Source: Pristiophorus japonicus (lineage: Eukaryota). Taken from it: a stretch of DNA of 64,000 bases. This document shows, piece after piece, positions 51,897 through 63,701 of the stretch; the first letter of the stretch is position 1, and each line of letters begins with the position of its first letter. Position numbers and translations under genes: made by a program. Location: assembly GCF_044704955.1 (NCBI RefSeq), contig NC_091978.1:375100001-375164000 (forward strand), read 5' to 3'. The notes under the pieces are model-generated. The model was given only the letters and a program-made list of their open reading frames with translations. It was not told the origin of the DNA and searched no databases.

Positions 51897-54800
51897 CTCT
51901 CCTATTACCTCTCCTGCTGCTGCTGTCTGGGCATTTGCTGTCCTTACCTGCACCAATTTCCTTACCTGCACCAATTTCCTTAACTTTCCGGAAGGTTTTT
52001 CTGGAGAGGCCACATATGCCGGCCTAAGCAGAACTGGAGTAACTCTCAGCTGGCCAAACTTGCCTAAATGGCCAGAATTGGCGCGGGTGGCTGGTTACGC
52101 CCCCTTCGGCTGAAAAAAAAAAGTACCTAAAAAAAAATCGTAACTAACTGAGTTCCGCTGGTACAAATTGATTGGGGAAACTGGATTTTTAACTTAGACC
52201 AAAAAAAGCAGCCTGCTCCAAAAAAACTGCGCAAATCACCGGGGAAAATTGAGCCCTAGTGTTGGCTAATAAGCTTCGATTCCGGAGGAAAGCTGAGAGT
52301 AGCTGTCCGCAAGATCAAGGAGCATGTGACTGAGCTTTAGGTCAGTGCGGTTGGGTGGTCAGGAGGAAAACTCTCCATTAGTTGGAATCATACCTGAGGC
52401 ACGGAAAGGGGGCCCCAGGACATCGCTGCAGGAGTTCCTCAGGGCAGCAGCCTGAGCCCAACCATCTTCAGCTGCTTCATTAATGACCTTCCCTCCATCA
52501 TAAGGTCAGAAGTGATTCCAGTCACTGCTCCCTCTAATTTCTTTTTGTACCGAGCGGGCCATGAGCTCCTTTGAGTGCGACCTTTTTGTCCGTGAGCAAA
52601 TTTTACAACAACAACTTTTACAGTAACAGCAGCCACTTTGAAGCATATACACAGTAATGCCATACTGCCACCCCATGTCTCAACAATCAGACAATCTATA
52701 CATGTTTAACATCATTTCTCTGCTTTTGAATTCTATTCCTTTAGAAATGAGTCCCAGTGCTTTATTTGGACCATTATGGTTTATTTAAACTGCATGTCTC
52801 CCTTTAGTGATTTGTGAATCTGTTCCCCGAGATCCCTTTGCACCTCTACTCCATTCAGATTCTTATTTTCCGAGAAGTAGGTCGCCTCCTTATTCCTCCT
52901 ACCAAAATGTACCTCCTCACACTTAGCTATATTGAAATTCATTTGTCATTTACATGCACATTCTGCAAGTTTGTTTACGGTAGAATTAATTAAAAGTTTT
53001 TAGTTTGTCATGTACAGACTTTATTTTAAAAATATTACTTGTCAGAAATAACTGGGATATAAAAGAACTGCATATAATGCATTACCACTTCAGAAACGTT
53101 ACTCAGTTACACGGTTATGCATCGACAAACAATTCAAAAGCCCAAGGTGAGCTGAAAGAGGCAAATCTATTCAGGCAATTAGTATTAATTTTATAGTTTT
53201 GAATGTACTAGCCCATCCCTCACATCACACAGCAGGAGCAGTGCCTTACCTATGGCGCTGACATACTGTACAACCACATAAGTAATTAGAATATTCATCA
53301 CTGTCACCAGACACCCAACAAATATAAAGTGCTGTAGTTCTTTAGTTCACAGTATTAAAAAGAATCCATCAAAATCAGGTATCCATATTTCCAGCTTCAT
53401 TAATAAACGTTGTCTCCTTGAACCAGCCCCCCCACCCCCCCATGTAACCTGTCAGACTTATTCACAAGTACAGAAAAACACATACACACTGTGCATCACC
53501 AAATTAAAAACAAAAAGCAAGAAAAACGATGATTTAACAAAAATAACCATTCATCTTTCTTCCAGGACAGGAAAACCAATCAGACTGACTTGGAAATATT
53601 TACTAATATGTTGATGTAAAGAGGTTAATTTACGAATTTCATTTCTAATATTTTTCTCTCAAACATTCGGCACAATATTAATCCGGCTCTTATCATGAAA
53701 AGTGTTGAAATATTTTACGTACTTCCTAATTAAATAGTGGGAAACAAACTTCATTGTACTCTCAGTTTTTAATCTATTTCAAACATTTATACCAAATTGA
53801 AATTGTGCATTTTCAGTTTAATCAAAGTATTTTCTGTGTCATTCTCAATAAACAAATAGTTTCTTCTAAAGTAGCTTCCTGCAATTTTTATACATCATTA
53901 CATAACTCTTGATTCTATTAACACTCCACTAAATGTTTAAGAAGAAATTTATATTGAAATTATTCCTGGGACTTGTTAGAACTATAGAACGACAGACAAA
54001 ATAAAATGGTTTGTATTTTTCCCCTTTTTTGGTTCTCTTCCTAAACATCTTTAAAAAGTCTATAAATAGTAACTCCTACAGACACCCCCCCCCCCCCACA
54101 GCGGTGTGGTTGCATGTTTGTGTAAAGCTGCTCACTTCAGTCAATCGTTCAAAACCAAATATTGAGAAATTTCCATTTTTACATTTTTAAAGCATTTCAG
54201 ACCCTTTTAAAAAGTGTTTGGACTTCAAGAGCTGGTTGAAACTTGTTTAGATGAGGGGAAAATTGATTTTTTTTTCGGTTTCTTCCAAAATCATCTTCGA
54301 AACTTAGGGGGAAAAGTGTTTTTAACACTCATTTTTTGTGAAAAGTTAATTAAAAAATCTAAATTCTTTCAAGTCTCGTTGCAAAGTCAGCTTTGACAAA
54401 AGAAGTTGCTCCAATTTAAAAAAAAAGTATTCTCATTATTGTTTCACTGCGGGCCTAAAACTTGTTTGCTTTAGCCTCCTTCCAGCGGCCATTGTACATG
54501 TGCTGCACCTCCACCTCTGTTGTTCCCAAGTGCGGCCTGCTGCTCACTCCTCAGGAACGGACGACACGTGCCTGGACCCTCGCCCCCCTCTCCCTCTTTT
54601 GCTGTCTCTCTCTTTCTCTGTACCTCTCTTCCTCTGTTTCACACTCTATCTCTCTCGCTCTCTGTCCCTGAGCTGTGATCCTGACCAATGGATCCACCAC
54701 AGACCCATTCCACGTTCGGACCAGGGTCAAGCAGGGCTGTGTCATCGCACCAGCATCTTGCAGCGAGCATCTTCCTCGCTGCAATGCTCCATCTCGCCCT

Positions 54801-57800
54801 CAGCAAGCTCCCCGCTGAAGTGGAACTTAAATTACAGGACAAACGGGAATCTGTTCAATCTCCGCCGCCTCCAAACCAGTTCCAAGGTCGTCCTATCCTC
54901 CGTCATCGAACTACAGTACGCAGACAACGCTTGCGTCTGCGCACACTCGGAGGCTGAGCTCCAAGCTATCGTCATCACCTTCACCGAGGCGTACAAGAGC
55001 ATGGGCCTTACACTAAACATCAGTAAGACAAAGATCCTCTACCAACCTGCCCCCGCCACACAGTACTGCCCCCCCGATTATCAAAATCCACGACGAGGCC
55101 TTGGACAACGTGGACCATTTCCCATACCTCGGGAGCCTACTGTCAGCAAGGGCAGACATCGTTGACGAGGTCCAACACTGCCTTCAGTGCGCCAGCACAG
55201 CCTTCGGTCGCCTGAGGAAGAGAGTGTTTGAAGACGAGGACCTCAAATCCGGTACCAGTCTCACGGTCTACAAAGCAGTGGTGATACACGCCCTCCTATA
55301 TGGCTCAGAGGCATGGACTATATACAGCAGGTACCTCAAAACACTGGAGAAGTACCACCAGCGCTGCCTCCGCAAGATCCTGCAAATCCATAGACGTACC
55401 AACATCAGCGTTCTCACTCAAGCCAGCATCGAAGCATTGACCACGCCCGATCAGCTCCGCTGGACGGGCCACATCATCTGCATGCCTGACACGAGACTCC
55501 CAAAACAAGCGCTCTACTCGGAGCTCAGACACGGCAAGTAAGCCCAAGATGGGCAGAGGTGACGCTTCAAGGACACCCTTAAACCTCCTTTGGAAAAATA
55601 GCAACATCCCCACCGGCACCTGGGAATCCCTAGCCCAAGACCACTCAAATTGGAGGAAGAGCATCCTGGAAGGCGCTAAGCACCTTGAGTCTCTACGCCG
55701 AGAGCAAGCTGAAGCCAAGTGTCGACAGCGGAAGGAGTGTGTGGCAAACCAGCACCCCGCCCACCCTTTCCTTTAACCACCGTCTGCCCCACCTGAGAGA
55801 GAGACTGTAGGGCCCGCATTGAACTCTTCAGTCACCTGAGAACTCATTTTTAGTGTGGAAGCAAGTCATCCTCGACCTCGAGGGACTGCATGTGATGATC
55901 TCTGTCCCTCTCGCTCTATCTCTTGCAGTCCCTATCTGTCTTCCCAGTCTCTCGCTTCCCTTTGAATCCTCGATCTTCCACCACCAGCTCCCCTGACCTC
56001 AGCACGAAGCCACGTCCTGACTAGGCATTGCACATGTGTGGCTCCGATATACCGGCAGTCGGTGCTGGGAGGCGAATAATCCGAGCGTGGGGGATTTTCC
56101 TGCTCAAAGGTCAAGGGAGAAAACCAATCCCCTTCCCGGCACAAAAGCCCATCAACCATCAGAACATAGACTTCAAGAGCTGCAATTGCAATCGGCTGTG
56201 AGGTTGCAAGACTCACAAATGAGTCTGTCTGGGTTCCTGGGGTCCCTCCCCCGCTCCAGTTACTGTCCAGTTCTCTGCACGGCATTTCAGGTCAACGGCT
56301 CGCGGCCTGGGGGATGGACGGCTCGCGGCCTGGGGGATGGACGGCTCGCGGCCTGGGGGATGGACGGCTCGCGGCCTGGGGGATGGACGGCTCGCGGCCT
56401 GGGGGATGGACGGCTCGCGGCCTGGGGGATGGACGGCTCGCGGCCTGGGGGATGGACGGCTCGCGGCCTGGGGGATGGACGGCTCGCGGCCTGGGGGATG
56501 GACGGCTCGCGGCCTGGGGGATGGACGGCTCGCGGCCTGGGGGATGGACGGCTCGCGGCCTGGGGGATGGACGGAGCGCACGCACCTTAGCAGGAACAGT
56601 GAGTTCAGTGTTCAGCTCAATTCACAACTCCTCTAATAATGACAAAAGCAAAATACTGCGGATGCTGGAATCTGAAAAGAAGCAGAAAATGCTGGACCCC
56701 TCAGTGGATCATCTGTGAAGAGATTTCCAGCATTTTCTGTTTCTCTTCCATCATGTCCTTGGACTTAGCTAAATCCTGGCTTGGGCTGAATTGGCAGATA
56801 CTATTTGTGCCATTTAATGCCTGGTAACGACCATCTCCAACTCGAGAAATCCCAAGTGTCTCATTCGGACCTTCAGTAGCACCAGCATTGCTGAGTGTTA
56901 GGCTTGAACCTAGCTGGGTGCATCCCCAACTCCAGGGACTTGAGAACAAAAAAATGTGGCCACTGTCGACCAGAAGCTTAACTGCACTAGTCGTATCACG
57001 AGCAGGACAGGTGCTGGGTACTCCTGACTCCTCAAAACCGCTACAGGGTTCGAGTCAGGAGAATGATGGAATACTCACCACTTCAAAGAAAAAAAAGACT
57101 GACTTGGATTTATATAACGCCTTTCATGGCGACCAGACGTCTCAAAGTGCTTTACAGCCAATTATGTACTTTTGGAGTGTCATCATCATAGGCAGTCCCT
57201 TGGAATCGAGGAAAACATGCTTTCACTCTTAAAATGAATTCTTAGATGGCTGAACAGTCCAATACGAGAACCACAGTCCCTGTCACATGTGGGACAGACA
57301 GTGGTTGAAGGAAAGGGGAGGGTGGGACTGGTTTGTCGCACGCTCCTTCCGCTGCCTGCGCTTGGTTTCTGCATGCTCTCGGCGATGAGACTCGAGGTGC
57401 TCAGCGCCCTCCCGGATGCACTTCCTCCACTTAGGGCGGTCTTTGGCCAGGGACTCCCAGGTGTCAGTGGGAATGTTGCACTTTATCAGGGAGGCTTTGA
57501 GGGTGTCCTTGTAACGTTTCCTCTGCCCACCTTTGGCTCGTTTGCCTTGAAGAAGTTCTGAGTCGAGCGCTTGCTTTGGGAGTCTCGTGTCTGGGGCATG
57601 CGGACAATGTGGCCTGCCCAGCGGAGCTGATCAAGTGTGGTCAGTGCTTCAATGCTGGGGATGTTAGCCTGGTCGAGGATGCTAACATTGGTGCGTCTGT
57701 CCTCCCAGGGGATTTGTAGGCTCTTGCGGAGACATCGTTGGTGGTATTTATCCAGCGACTTGAGGTGTCTACTGTACATGGTCCATGTCTCTGAGCCATA

Positions 57801-60800
57801 CAGGAGGGCGAGTATTACTACAGCCCTGTAGACCATGAGCTTGGTGGCAGATTTGAGGGCCTGGTCTTCGAACACTCTTTTCCTCAGGCGGCGAAAGGCT
57901 GCACTGGCGCACTGGAGGCAAATCTCATCGTCAATGTCTGCTCTTGTTGACAAGAGGCTCCCGAGGTTTGGGAAATGGTCCACGTTGTCGAGGGCCGCGC
58001 CGTGGATCTTGATGACTGGGGGGCAGTGCTGTGTGGCGAGGACAGGCTGGTGGAGGACCTTTGTCTTACGGATGTTTAGCGTAAGGGCCTATGTTTTCGT
58101 GCGCCTCAGTAAATACGTTGACTATGACTTGGAGTTCAGCCTCTGTGCGCAGATGCAGGCGTCGTCCGTGTACTGTAGCTCGACAACAGAGGTTGGGGTG
58201 GTCTTGGACTTGGCCTGGAGGCGACGAAGGTTGAACAGGTTCTCACTGGTTCTGTACAAAAAAAAGAAAGACTTGGATTTCTATAGCGCCTTTCACGGCC
58301 ACCGGACATCTCAAAGCGCTTTACAGCCAATGAAGTACTTTTGGAGTGTAGTAATGTAGGAAACACGGCAGCCAATTTGCACACAAGCAAGCTCCCACAC
58401 ACAGCAAGGTGATAATGACCAGATAATCAGTTTTGTTATGTTGATTGAGGGATGAATATTGGCCCCAGGACACAGGGGATAACTCCCCTGCTGTTCTTCG
58501 AGATTGCGCCATGGGATCTTTTACATCCACCTGAGAGCGTAGACAGGGCCTCGGTTTAACTCATCCGAAAGCATCTCCGACAGTGCAGTGCTCCCTCAGC
58601 ACTGCACTGGAGTGTCAGCCTACATTTTTTTGTTCTCAAGTCCCTGGAGTGGGATTGGACCTAGATTGGTGTATCCCCAACAACACTCCAGATGGTCAAC
58701 ACAATCAAGATGAACAGATCACCTGATCGATGCCCTTGCTACTCAGCTCAGTGTCTACTCCCTCCACCGCTGGAGCAGTGTAGACTATCTACAAGGATGC
58801 ACCGCAGAAACTCATCAAGCTTGCTTCGATAGTACTTCCCAGCCCATGCCTGTCAACATCGAGGATAGTTAGAGGAACAATATTATGGAAGCAACATCAG
58901 CTCGAAGTTCTCTTACAAGTCACATCACCCTGACATGGACATGTATTGCCATAATGGACATACATCACTGTTGCTGGGTCAAAAACCTGGAATTTCCTCC
59001 CGAACATCATTGTAGGAGCATCATCAGCCCAAGTGGTCCACTATCCCCTTCCCTGGGCATCCAGAAATTGGCAAATCATGCAGCCTCGCCAGTGTCACAC
59101 ATCCTATTCACAAATGAAAACAAGTCATGTCACACAGCACTGAAATTCCTTGGGGTAATGGATTTGGACACCTGCAGTACGCTATCATGGTAGTAGTCAA
59201 GATAGACAAACTACTAGCATCAGTGACGATAAAAGAATCCTGATTGCAAGTGATTTGTTGCAATGCAATATCCAACAGTTTTCACCGCACAGTGATCCGT
59301 GCCACATTAGATCGCGTTCTCTAGTTATGGCTCCTATGTAGGGGCATCACCATCCTACATTTGTACTTGGAGATGCTCTTCTAATGCACGCAGGATGCCG
59401 GTTATAGATGACCAATCTGCTAGGGTATTTTTTGAAAGATGTGCAACTTCACACACAATCCTATCCATCCCTGAATGCTGGTAGGTTGGTATTTTAAGTG
59501 GTTTGTTTCAGTTTAGGTTCCGGTTAGAATGAACGACTTCATATGACCCGAACATTGTACCGACTAACTGCAGTCATAACATTTTCCTGCGTGTATTTAG
59601 GTTGTTTTGCATAACTTGCCAAGCTGGGCAATACTCCCACCGTGTGAGAAATGGCATCTACCTTTTAAAGAATGTTAGTCACGTTGCTTTCTTTTGGGGG
59701 TGAGGGGAAGATACCCCAATATATCTAGCTCCTTGATATGTAGTTCCTCAAGTGATGAAATGCAAGAATTGTATAAAACTGGTCATGGTTTAGGTACATG
59801 ATGCAAGTGGGAAGTGGGTTCTTGCTGTCTGGGTTTGTGGAGGCCTGTCTTTATGGATTAAATGTGGGTGACAGTTGCCTTTTGCTGCAACTTATTGTTC
59901 CGTTCACATACAAGAACTCACGCAGGGTGACTGACCACGTTTGCCACCTGGACAAGGAGGGGCATTTTATTTTTTTAAAAGGCAATGTGTGTGTAAAATA
60001 ATCTGCCATACTGAGGGGTGCAAAGTGGGCTTGTTTGCATTCTTGAAAGTGTGAGTGGACTGGCTTTTGTGTGTATTATGCCACGTACAATTTCACGCAT
60101 GCACAGTTGGATAGGGTTCATCTATGCACACAGCCATTAAAAAAATTCCAGCATGCAAAACGAGACCTTTTCTGTCCGGTTTACATATTCTTAAATTACC
60201 ATGGGCCACTCCCAGAATTGGCCACCACAGGAGCGTAAAGAGATAACGAGAAACCTGAGAAAACCAAAAATCGAACTAATAAATAAAGCTCTAGAAATTC
60301 TCAGCGGCTCACTCGGTATCTGAAACAGAAGACAGGTTAACAACTGAGATTTTGAGGGAGCATCCCAGCCAAGCCTTAATCCTAGTTCCAGACACATTGC
60401 ATTTCCAGTATATTTCTATTTTTCGCCATAGAATATTAAGTAATTCAACTCTGGGTAATGTGTGAAATTTCTAGCAAACTCGTCTTTCAGCGCAGTAACT
60501 GGATTTAACTATTTTCCTTGTTTGTCAAAAATAAAGTGCAACATATCTTTGTTTCATTACACAGGATGATTTGGGTTTGCCTGAAACCTCGTACGAGCTA
60601 TGTTACAATGTTGCCTGCACCTTGATTGGTGAGAGCAAACTGCCTCAGGCCATGAGTAAACTTCAGAAAGCTGAAGGTAAGTAGGTTTTGCAGGAAAGGA
60701 ATTGATACAAGGACTCAACCTATGATAACATTAGAAATGGCTACAAAAGCCCAACAAGCGGCAATCATTACGTTTTGTATTTCTAATCATGTTTTTTGTT

Positions 60801-63701
60801 TCGTTTTAGAACTCTGTCGACAATCATTTTCGGAAGATACTGTGAGTAATTCAGAATAGTGGTCTTTTCACTGGCTACAATAAGTTGGGTGAATTTTATT
60901 AGCATTAATCGCGTGTGAATGAGTATAAAATTGATCGACAGAATCTCTCCATAATTGTGAAATAATAGACAAGTCTTTTTTTATCAGCTCATATCAGTAA
61001 ACACACGTTACTTCATATAACGATTTACGTAGCAATCCTACGCTCCCAACAGTGATGCAGGCTGTCGAATTCACACTAGTGTTGGAGACCTATTTCTGAC
61101 CTGTGCACCTATCTTATGAGGCTCCCTTATAATTACATGGAATATACGGCACAGTAACAGGCCTTTCGGCCCAACCAGTCTATGTTGGCATTTACTTTCC
61201 TGTCGTTCCTCATCTAAATCTATCAGCTTCTATTCCCTTCTCCCTCATAGGCTTGTCTAGCCTCCCTTTAAATGCATCTACACTATGTGCAAGTTCCATA
61301 TACTCACCATTCTTTGGATTAAGAAGTTTCTTCTGAATTCTTTATTGGATATCTTGATGACTATCTTATGTTGATGGTCTCTAGTTATGCTCTTCCCCAC
61401 AAGTGGAAACATTCTCTCGGTATCCCCTCTATCAAAACTTTTTATAATTTTAAAGACCTCTATTAGGTCACCCCTAGCCTTTTTTAAACAGAAAGGAGAC
61501 CCAGCCTGTTCATCCTTTCCTGATATGTATTTCTGGTATCATCCTTGCCAATCCCCTCTGCACTCTCTCCAGATGAATTAAATAGTATTAATAACACCGT
61601 GATATCGACAAGCAGGTCCCAGGTTACCGGATCTTGGTAAGGGCAGCAATTAAAATTGTCATCAGTATTCTTGGACAAGGCTGGGGAGGAAATCAGCGAG
61701 GGGTCCCAGTCCCAATCACTGTCCAGTGACGCCCGTTACACGTATATGGATGTCCGATGGATCTGGACAAGCTGTAGTGGCCCCAACAATTGGTGAGGTA
61801 CCAGAGGGTTGTGATAAATCATCACCTTCAAGCAAGGAGGGTTGAAAAGTTACAATAAGAAAGCTGTTTATTCGAAAACTTTCATATACAATGTGCTCAA
61901 ATGGACTTTAGTGCACATTTTTCATTTTTGATACAATGCAAATTAATTGTAAATGATTAATTTGTATTTGTAATCCAAGTTGTGATTACTGAAAATATTT
62001 TGAACGCTTTTTGACATTGTTCTGAGCATTTAAATTTGTAATAAAGATCCTGTTTTATATTTGTTTGCAGTAGTGTGAATTTCTTTCCCAATTTGACAAA
62101 ATGCTTGGGTTTAATTTTTAGTTTTACTTCTCCCTCACCCCTCTTCTATTTTTCTTTCACTTTTGCACACGGCCACTGCCACGCACCTCATCATAGACAG
62201 TCCCTCGAATAGAGAATGACATCTTTCACAGTTCACAGGCGTTTCAATGAAGGACCGAATATTCCGGATCCCAAACTACATGTTTGTCGAGGAAATTTAG
62301 CTTAAATTAACTCAGGCGGAGACTTTCAGAATCGTGCTTCGAGAGAGTTTTATTTTAAAAAGCGAGATATCTCGGAGAGCCTGCTTGGACCGTACCAAGG
62401 CAGAAAACTCTGCTTGTACAAGCAAATTGTCCCTATCTTTATACAGAAATTGAATACAGAAATAGAAAAGGAATCTTATTCATTAGTCCCGCGAGTACAA
62501 AGGTCGTCTCGGGAGGTACACACTCTATCTGTCCTTGCATAGTTTCTCTCTGTTCACAGTCTGATAAGCAGAATATCAGGAGACTCCCTTTTAATACCAG
62601 ATGGTCATTTAATTGCATCTCTAAGTTTCAAGGCTGAAAAGCGTGGCTATTTCTCTAGTCCTATTATTTCTTTAAGCATAGCAAAAACAGAATTTAACCC
62701 TTCCCTTTTCCATAAGCCATAGATTCATAGATTCTTTCTTCCACAATGTTGAAGGGTGAAAGATGCCTGTGTGTGGATTTTTTTTATTGTGTGTTGGCCG
62801 TTGCACACCAGCCACCACACGGGCCACCACCCTCACACCAGTAGCCTCTCTTACTGCTACTCTGCAACTCCCTATAGCTTCAGGCAATCCCTCAGAATTC
62901 TCTTGTTGTAGAAAGATGCCCGGCTTCGACCTGGTTCCACCCAGAGATTGGGTGAGATGGGAAACTGACCTTTAGGGAAACGCAGGGCGAGCTTGCCCTT
63001 TGCCATTTCATTACATGATGTTTATCTCTTACTGCCACCTTTTCTAATTCAGAAATATAATTTTCATAATGACATTACTTTGAAGCAAAAACATCGTTAA
63101 CCTCAAAAACCTGTGCACCAGTGACATAGAAAATTGTGGGAATGTTAGTACCAACCATAATTAATATTTAATAGTGTATCGGAAGTTTTAGTAGACATTA
63201 CATACAGAATGGTTTACATTGGGTAAACTTTTTGAAGTTTTTTTTTAACGCGCTTTTGTGTCATAATTTGGTATATTTTTCCAGATTTAGTTGTGTGATA
63301 CTTGCCTAGAAATGTGTGTTTTGTAAAATCTGTCCAAATGCTGATTTTAATTTCAAAAGATTAATTTATTTTCCTCTTGAATTCTCGCATTTCTAACCTA
63401 CTGTTGTTGGATCTCCTTCCTAGGATATGAGTGATGAGGAGATTGCTGCTGAGCTAGCTATAATCCATGCTCAGATGGCCTATGTAATGCAGCTCCAAGG
63501 GCAGAATGACGATGCTTTGCAACTTTACAATCAAGTGATCAAACTGAAGTAAGCATAAAGGGAGTTGGAGCTCACACATTTAGAACATTACCATATATAT
63601 TTCTGAGTTGGAGTCGTGTCTACATTCTGTTCGTCTTCTGCAGGCCCTCGGATGTTGGACTCCTTGCTGTAACCGCCAATAACATCATTACCCTCAACAA
63701 G
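38576..63701 (+). CDS. SRP72: Signal recognition particle subunit SRP72, exons 1-8 (gene continues past the window)
   Basis: Exons 38576-38684, 46142-46262, 46754-46877, 48711-48854, 60565-60676, 60810-60841, 63424-63548 and 63644-63701 join in frame. Motifs [57 protein letters not shown]. Confidence 0.95.
39097..42380 (-). mobile_element. RTE 3' part with a 2.6-kb internal minisatellite, inserted into a Deu-SINE
   Basis: RTE coding remnants at 41780-42380. SINE tail lies at 38940-39090 and the SINE resumes at 42380. Confidence 0.87.
39195..41772. repeat. 29-bp purine-rich minisatellite GTGGTTGAGGGAAGGGGAGGGTGGGACAGA(C/G)A, ~85-90 units
   Basis: Directly visible; this is the source of the spurious 877-aa ORF. 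Confidence 0.97.
42380..43990 (-). mobile_element. Deu-domain SINE 5' part (tRNA-like head) with an amplified 30-bp unit
   Basis: Minus-strand A box TGGCTCAGTGGG and B box GGTTCAAGTCC near 43930-43982. CTCCCTCAGTACTGCCCCTCCGACAGTGCG repeats at 42560-42735 and 43341-43885. Confidence 0.8.
42736..43340 (-). mobile_element. Non-autonomous RTE-derived bipartite element
   Basis: GC-rich 5' region plus [10 protein letters not shown] (endonuclease-start-like) joined directly to the RTE 3' tail. A second copy lies at ~62190-62830. Confidence 0.65.
44480..45455 (-). mobile_element. L2-type LINE fragment with a short CR1 3'-UTR insert (~44690-44840)
   Basis: [13 protein letters not shown] and VRNLSVIFD motifs; L2 tail at 44480. 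Confidence 0.78.
46142..46262 (+). CDS. SRP72: SRP72 exon 2
   Basis: ctctgcag acceptor, AG|GTAAGA donor. Confidence 0.93.
46754..46877 (+). CDS. SRP72: SRP72 exon 3
   Basis: ttttcag acceptor, GTG|GTATGT donor. Confidence 0.93.
48711..48854 (+). CDS. SRP72: SRP72 exon 4
   Basis: [36 protein letters not shown], donor GTAAGT. Confidence 0.93.
49465..50395 (+). mobile_element. CR1 LINE 3' fragment
   Basis: IYINDL..KFADDTK and the CR1 3' UTR. Confidence 0.85.
51296..52256. mobile_element. Non-autonomous DNA transposon (MITE-like, 961 bp)
   Basis: Perfect terminal inverted repeats GGGCTCAATTTTCCCC / GGGGAAAATTGAGCCC, TA on both flanks, no transposase. Contains (CT)n at 51823-51892. Confidence 0.8.
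54670..55898 (+). mobile_element. RTE-clade LINE, 5'-truncated
   Basis: YADN, HFPYLGS and QLRWTGH motifs; 11-bp TSD TCTCTGTCCCT at 54659-54669 and 55899-55909. Confidence 0.9.
56295..56574. repeat. 23-bp perfect minisatellite ACGGCTCGCGGCCTGGGGGATGG x12
   Basis: 12 identical units with no spacers. Confidence 0.97.
57180..58255 (-). mobile_element. RTE-clade LINE 3' part within Deu-SINE sequence (57085-58650)
   Basis: LLYGSETW and QLRWAGHIV motifs; (GAT)n tail. Confidence 0.88.
60565..60676 (+). CDS. SRP72: SRP72 exon 5
   Basis: [22 protein letters not shown], donor G|GTAAGT. Confidence 0.93.
60810..60841 (+). CDS. SRP72: SRP72 exon 6 (32 nt)
   Basis: ttttag acceptor, [17 protein letters not shown] donor. 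Confidence 0.9.
61130..61572 (-). mobile_element. Old CR1 3' fragment
   Basis: Degenerate CR1 3' ORF and UTR. Confidence 0.65.
62285..62745 (-). mobile_element. Solo LTR (461 bp) nested in an RTE-derived element
   Basis: TG...CA ends, perfect 5-bp TSD ATGTT (62280-62284 and 62746-62750), minus-strand TATAAAAG followed by AATAAA. Confidence 0.8.
63424..63548 (+). CDS. SRP72: SRP72 exon 7
   Basis: [22 protein letters not shown], donor GTAAGC. Confidence 0.93.
63644..63701 (+). CDS. SRP72: SRP72 exon 8
   Basis: [19 protein letters not shown], donor GTACGT. Confidence 0.92.

Larger units (their letters stand above)
53007..56925 (-). pseudogene. Decayed antisense gene/retrocopy (3' UTR plus broken CDS) in SRP72 intron 4; parent unidentified
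   Basis: Minus-strand AATAAA at 53020-53025 with an A-rich remnant, ~1.5 kb UTR-like sequence, an Arg/Glu/Asp-rich coding-like segment split by an RTE with TSD, and unique ORF pieces 55932-56285 and 56745-56900. Confidence 0.45.
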
